Shown: positions 37,858 to 40,230 of the stretch, piece after piece | Layout of the letters: every line of letters starts with the position of its first letter | How positions within the stretch are numbered: position 1 is the stretch's first letter | Assembly: GCA_034722955.1 (NCBI GenBank) | Contig: JAYEOM010000075.1 | Span: 1 to 40,230 of the forward strand | Reading direction: 5' to 3' | From: Campylobacterota bacterium | GTDB lineage: Bacteria > Campylobacterota > Campylobacteria > Campylobacterales > Sulfurovaceae | DNA: 40,230 nt | Program-made: the position numbers and the translations under genes | Notes under the pieces: model-generated | The model's database searches: none | The model's input: only the letters and a program-made list of their open reading frames with translations | Told to the model about the DNA's origin: nothing

Positions 37858-37950
37858 TTTGACAGCTGGAGCTGTCAAACGAGGAAAAGAGTTGTGCTTG
37901 TTACCAGACCCCTCCTCCTCCTATCTTATTTGTGGTTTGTGTCCTGACCC
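37858..37950. repeat. REP-like cluster
   Basis: TTTGACAGC-TGGA-GCTGTCAAA hairpin, a 24-bp repeat shared with 202-225, and CCTGACCC. Confidence 0.65.
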
Positions 37951-37974
37951 TAAGGTTCCCTTTATCACTCTATT

Positions 37975-38628
37975 TTATAAATTCCCTTTATCTTTAAGAT
38001 ATATTAAGTCTTTAATGGTTCCATCTAAACAACTTTTAGCCGCATTAGTTTTTTCTTTCTTTAAAGCTTTGTTTAATGATTTAATGATGAGATTATAATT
38101 ATTTTTATTTGCTAAATAGTAAAGCATACTAGATGTTGCACATCTAACCCTATAATTCTTATGTCTCAACATTTTGATTAATTTCTTGAAATATTTTTTT
38201 TCTCCAAACTTAACTAATGCATAATAAATGCGTACTAAAACTTCATTATTTTTATTTTTTTTCATAAGTTTTTTAATTTTAGGATGATATTTTTTTGCAT
38301 TATTATCAGCTAATGCCTCTATAGCATAAGCTCTTACTAGCCAACTTTTATCATTTAACCGTTTTGCTATTTTATTTAGAACATTATCTATATTTTGTGG
38401 TAACATAATTGCTTCTAATGCACTTACTCTTACAAGGCTATCCTTATCTTCTAATCCATTTAATATTACATTATCAATATTTGCATCATAAAAAAGTGAT
38501 AGCACTTCAATAGCTTTTGAACGAGTTGAATAGTCTTTATCATTTGTATAATTTATTAGTTTATTTTTAAAACTTTTAATTTTATTCTCTATATTATCAA
38601 TCTCTTTAATTTTTTTATCAATTTTCAT
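37975..38628 (-). CDS. HEAT-repeat protein (candidate immunity protein), very AT-rich
   Basis: Repeats DKDYSTRSKAIEVL / DKDSLVRVSALEAI / DKSWLVRAYAIEAL / HKNYRVRCAT; RBS AGAGGT. Confidence 0.85.
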   Translation of the reverse strand: MKIDKKIKEIDNIENKIKSFKNKLINYTNDKDYSTRSKAIEVLSLFYDANIDNVILNGLEDKDSLVRVSALEAIMLPQNIDNVLNKIAKRLNDKSWLVRAYAIEALADNNAKKYHPKIKKLMKKNKNNEVLVRIYYALVKFGEKKYFKKLIKMLRHKNYRVRCATSSMLYYLANKNNYNLIIKSLNKALKKEKTNAAKSCLDGTIKDLIYLKDKGNL

Positions 38629-38633
38629 GAAAT

Positions 38634-38750
38634 TTAATAACCTCTACTTTTTCGTTTTTGTTCATTTCGTTTTTGTCTACTTTTTTGTTCTTTCTCATAT
38701 CTTTTTTTATCCTTACCTTTTGCCTTATCAAGTAAATCTTGAATGTTAGG
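38634..38750 (-). pseudogene. Basic C-terminal gene fragment, polymorphic toxin tip-like
   Basis: NIQDLLDKAKGKDKKRYEKEQKSRQKRNEQKRKSRGY* ends 5 nt before the HEAT ATG and is cut off at a REP. Confidence 0.55.
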
Positions 38751-38809
38751 GGTCTGGTGTTGAGTGTTTTGTGAAGCGTAGCTGAATGAAACAGTCGACA
38801 CCTGACCTC
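38749..38809. repeat. REP doublet hairpin
   Basis: GGGGTCTGGTGTTGA...TCGACACCTGACCTC, imperfect inverted repeat. Confidence 0.7.
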
Positions 38810-38831
38810 GGCTAAAACAAGGCTACCGTGC

Positions 38832-38870
38832 TTACTTCATTGGCATTGCCGAGGAGGGATGGGAACGAGC
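38832..38870. repeat. REP-like repeat (GGCATTGCCGAGGAGGGATGGGAACGAG)
   Basis: 35/39 identical to the reverse complement of 40192-40230. Confidence 0.85.
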
Positions 38871-38888
38871 AACGAGTAAGTGAGAAAA

Positions 38889-39713
38889 CTAGTATTTCCA
38901 CAGTTCATATTTTTTCCATAATTCTTGTGCCTTTGTATTATTTTGATCTTTTGCTTTTTGTATCCAATACTTCGCTTTTTTCATATCTTTTTCTACATCA
39001 TCGCCCCTAATGTAGCCATTCCCTAATATTAATTGAGCTTTGTCAAATTTACCAATTGCTGATTTAGTAAGAAGTTTTAGAACTTCTTTTTTATATTTAT
39101 TTGTATCTTTTTTATCAAGTAACTCTGCTAAATAATATTGAGCTTGAAAATGGTTGTTGTTAGATGCTCTTTGTAAACATACTCTAGCTTTTGTCAAATT
39201 CTTATCGACACCAATTCCATTATAATATATAATGCCTAAATTATATAAGGCTGGTACATAATTTTCATCTGCAGATTCTTGATACAATTCTACTGCTTTA
39301 GTCAAATTTTTATCAACACCTTCTCCAAATAAATACATATGTGCAATTTTTGATTTGATAATAGAGTTTATATCTTCACCAACGAAAATTCTTACATATA
39401 AATCGGATGCTTTGGTATAATTTTGCTCTATACCTTCGCCCCAATAATACATTTCTGCCAATGGATACCTTGCAAGTGAATAGCCTTTTTCTGATTTGGA
39501 AAAATATTCAAAAGCTTTTGTTAAATTTTTTTCATAACCAAGACCATTTTGATGTACAATACCCATAACATATTGACTATATGAGTCGCCATTTTTTGCT
39601 TTCATTTCAATTTTTTTTAAATTTTCTTCATAGTTATTACCTATTGTATTTGCTGTAAACAGTAGAAATAATAACAAATAAAATAAAATATATTTATTTT
39701 TCACAATTTTCAC
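38889..39713 (-). CDS. Secreted Sel1-like repeat protein
   Basis: Signal peptide; repeated LA/G.MY..GEGV.KN.TKA units. Confidence 0.9.
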   Translation of the reverse strand: MKIVKNKYILFYLLLFLLFTANTIGNNYEENLKKIEMKAKNGDSYSQYVMGIVHQNGLGYEKNLTKAFEYFSKSEKGYSLARYPLAEMYYWGEGIEQNYTKASDLYVRIFVGEDINSIIKSKIAHMYLFGEGVDKNLTKAVELYQESADENYVPALYNLGIIYYNGIGVDKNLTKARVCLQRASNNNHFQAQYYLAELLDKKDTNKYKKEVLKLLTKSAIGKFDKAQLILGNGYIRGDDVEKDMKKAKYWIQKAKDQNNTKAQELWKKYELWKY

Positions 39714-39928
39714 CTTTTAGTATAGGATTTTATATTTTCTTTAGAGTCTAGGATTTGGTCTACTAGTGCTATGAAGTTATCTTGTGAGATTGACTTTTGA
39801 TTTAAATTTTGATATGCTTTATCTGTGATATTCAAATGATGCCAGAAAGGTTCCGCTGGACTCAGGATGGAGAAGTAACCACCCTCCCGTTTGGATATTA
39901 TCTCAAACTTTTTATTTACATAATTCAC
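39710..39928 (-). CDS. Short hypothetical ORF or fragment
   Basis: GTG start overlaps the upstream stop (GTGA); probably a chimeric remnant. Confidence 0.35.
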   Translation of the reverse strand: MNYVNKKFEIISKREGGYFSILSPAEPFWHHLNITDKAYQNLNQKSISQDNFIALVDQILDSKENIKSYTKR

Positions 39929-40017
39929 AACTCCCCCTCCACAATCAAAATCTCATCCTCACTCAATCCATAAAGCCTATACACCATATCATATATCTGC
40001 TTATCTGTTGTGTTTAT
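39925..40017 (-). pseudogene. C-terminal remnant of a Type IIG (Eco57I/TaqI-like) R-M enzyme
   Basis: INTTDKQIYDMVYRLYGLSEDEILIVEGEL* matches the IDxxVYxLYGLxEEEIxIVEG terminus. Confidence 0.75.
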
Positions 40018-40023
40018 TGGACT

Positions 40024-40125
40024 TTATAGATGAAAAGAGTTTTTTGAGCCACATAGTATAATATCAATCAACTCCATAAATTTATCATAGATATCATCAT
40101 CTATATTTAATCTAAGTGTATGCAT
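40024..40125 (-). pseudogene. Short antitoxin-like ORF remnant
   Basis: AAGGAG/GGGGAG RBS; MHTLRLNIDDDIYDKFMELID (strand-helix, RHH-like), 33 aa. Confidence 0.4.
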
Positions 40126-40191
40126 ACTCCCCTACTCCTTATTTTATTCAAATTATAGCAGGATTTGTTGATGGAATTTATAATAGTGTTC

Positions 40192-40230
40192 GCTCGTCCC
40201 CATCCGTCCTCGGCAATGCCAATAAAATAA
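40192..40230. repeat. REP-like repeat, inverted partner of 38832-38870
   Basis: 35/39 identity in inverted orientation. Confidence 0.85.

Noticed and set aside
37859..39010. Plus-strand ORFs 37859-38098 and 38828-39010
   Set aside because: They start in REP repeats and run antisense to the HEAT and Sel1 genes.

Overview
This window looks like Campylobacterota chromosome, probably Sulfurovum-like. The basis is nth-peb4-fba synteny as in Campylobacter, a Campylobacter-type NrdB, and TGnTATAAT promoters. Housekeeping genes are fba, peb4, nth, trpB (frameshifted), LysM-NlpC/P60, a GDPD, an MFS transporter, amrS, nfeD-slipin, a Mo-oxidoreductase and an M20 amidohydrolase. They are interleaved with AT-rich inserts and many gene fragments. 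Main points of interest: (1) a divergent RNR beta subunit coupled to an EIIA-HPr-EI fusion and an EIIB-EIIB' protein with no EIIC permease, in a phylum generally lacking PTS; (2) a PRTase + SLOG(-KilAC-like) pair between two decayed RAYT transposases; (3) a DUF4178/DUF350/membrane aminopropyltransferase operon ending in an NspC-like decarboxylase with no SpeD; (4) a GSU2403-like nucleotidyltransferase between 59-bp direct repeats that duplicate the 5' end of the GDPD gene; (5) several families of TTA/TAA-flanked palindromic MITEs and REP-like repeats that sit at deletion breakpoints and bracket toxin-immunity-like cassettes. No rRNA, tRNA or CRISPR array was seen. All family calls come from reading motifs by eye, not from database searches.
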